A DNA stretch of 64,000 bases from a virus: IMG/VR virus record IMGVR_UViG_3300045988_001753, positions 1 to 64,000 of that record, one strand, 5' to 3'. The notes beneath the pieces are model-generated. The model saw only the letters and a list, made by a program, of their open reading frames with translations, was not told the origin of the DNA and did no database searches. The position numbers and the translations under genes were made by a program. Shown here piece by piece: positions 63,990-64,000 of the stretch. Within the stretch, counting starts at the first letter, position 1; every line of letters starts with the position of its first letter.

Positions 63990-64000
63990 ATCATATTTCC

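Noticed and set aside
1-64000. tRNA genes, rRNA genes and CRISPR arrays
   Set aside because: The only non-coding stretches longer than about 60 nt are 806..906, the intron flanks, 15508..15574, 35018..35128, 46661..46804 and 58029..58135. None shows a cloverleaf-compatible T-arm or acceptor pattern, and none shows regularly spaced direct repeats.

Overview
The window is an AT-rich, almost gap-free phage sequence. Its gene content matches a crAss-like (Crassvirales) podophage of a Bacteroidota host. All calls come from reading the sequence and the supplied ORF track; nothing was searched or computed.

Layout:
- 1..35 kb (+): metabolism, replication and accessory genes. These include a type I PRTase, a NAMPT-like plus PRPP-synthetase-like pair, an SPFH lipoprotein and a membrane-anchored glucosaminidase. 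The replication set is an SF2 helicase, DnaB-like helicase, P-loop ATPase, TOPRIM primase, family-1 UDG, T7 endonuclease I-like resolvase, PD-(D/E)XK nuclease and family A DNA polymerase. The nucleotide-metabolism set is NrdD/NrdG, dUTPase, PNK-like kinase, thioredoxin and ThyX.
- 35.1..46.7 kb (+): a 2490-aa virion-type RNA polymerase with a DFDVD motif, followed by a 1351-aa giant ORF.
- 46.8..64 kb (-): a convergently transcribed block of very large virion, tail or ejection proteins (2353, 601, 783 and 1623 aa).

Most notable observations:
1. The SF2 helicase gene appears split inside its Walker A codons by a ~1.1-kb group I-type intron carrying a LAGLIDADG homing endonuclease. Joining 6612 to 7724 restores TGMGKT in frame.
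2. A JAB/JAMM peptidase and a ThiF/E1-like gene form a translationally coupled pair, flanked by unknown genes and by a candidate beta-grasp (ubiquitin-like) N-terminal domain.
3. A NAMPT-like plus Prs-like pair occurs with no NMNAT anywhere in the window, which fits a NARP1-type NAD+ reconstitution module.
4. dUTPase sits next to a membrane-anchored retropepsin-like protease.
5. A hicA-like toxin gene overlaps an acidic downstream ORF.
6. A 2353-aa protein carries both a PD-(D/E)XK motif and an HExxH motif.

The large non-coding gaps carry Bacteroidota-type TAnnTTTG boxes, and several genes have A10-12 leaders. I saw no rRNA, tRNA or CRISPR array. Functional calls rest on short motifs and need HMM or structure confirmation.
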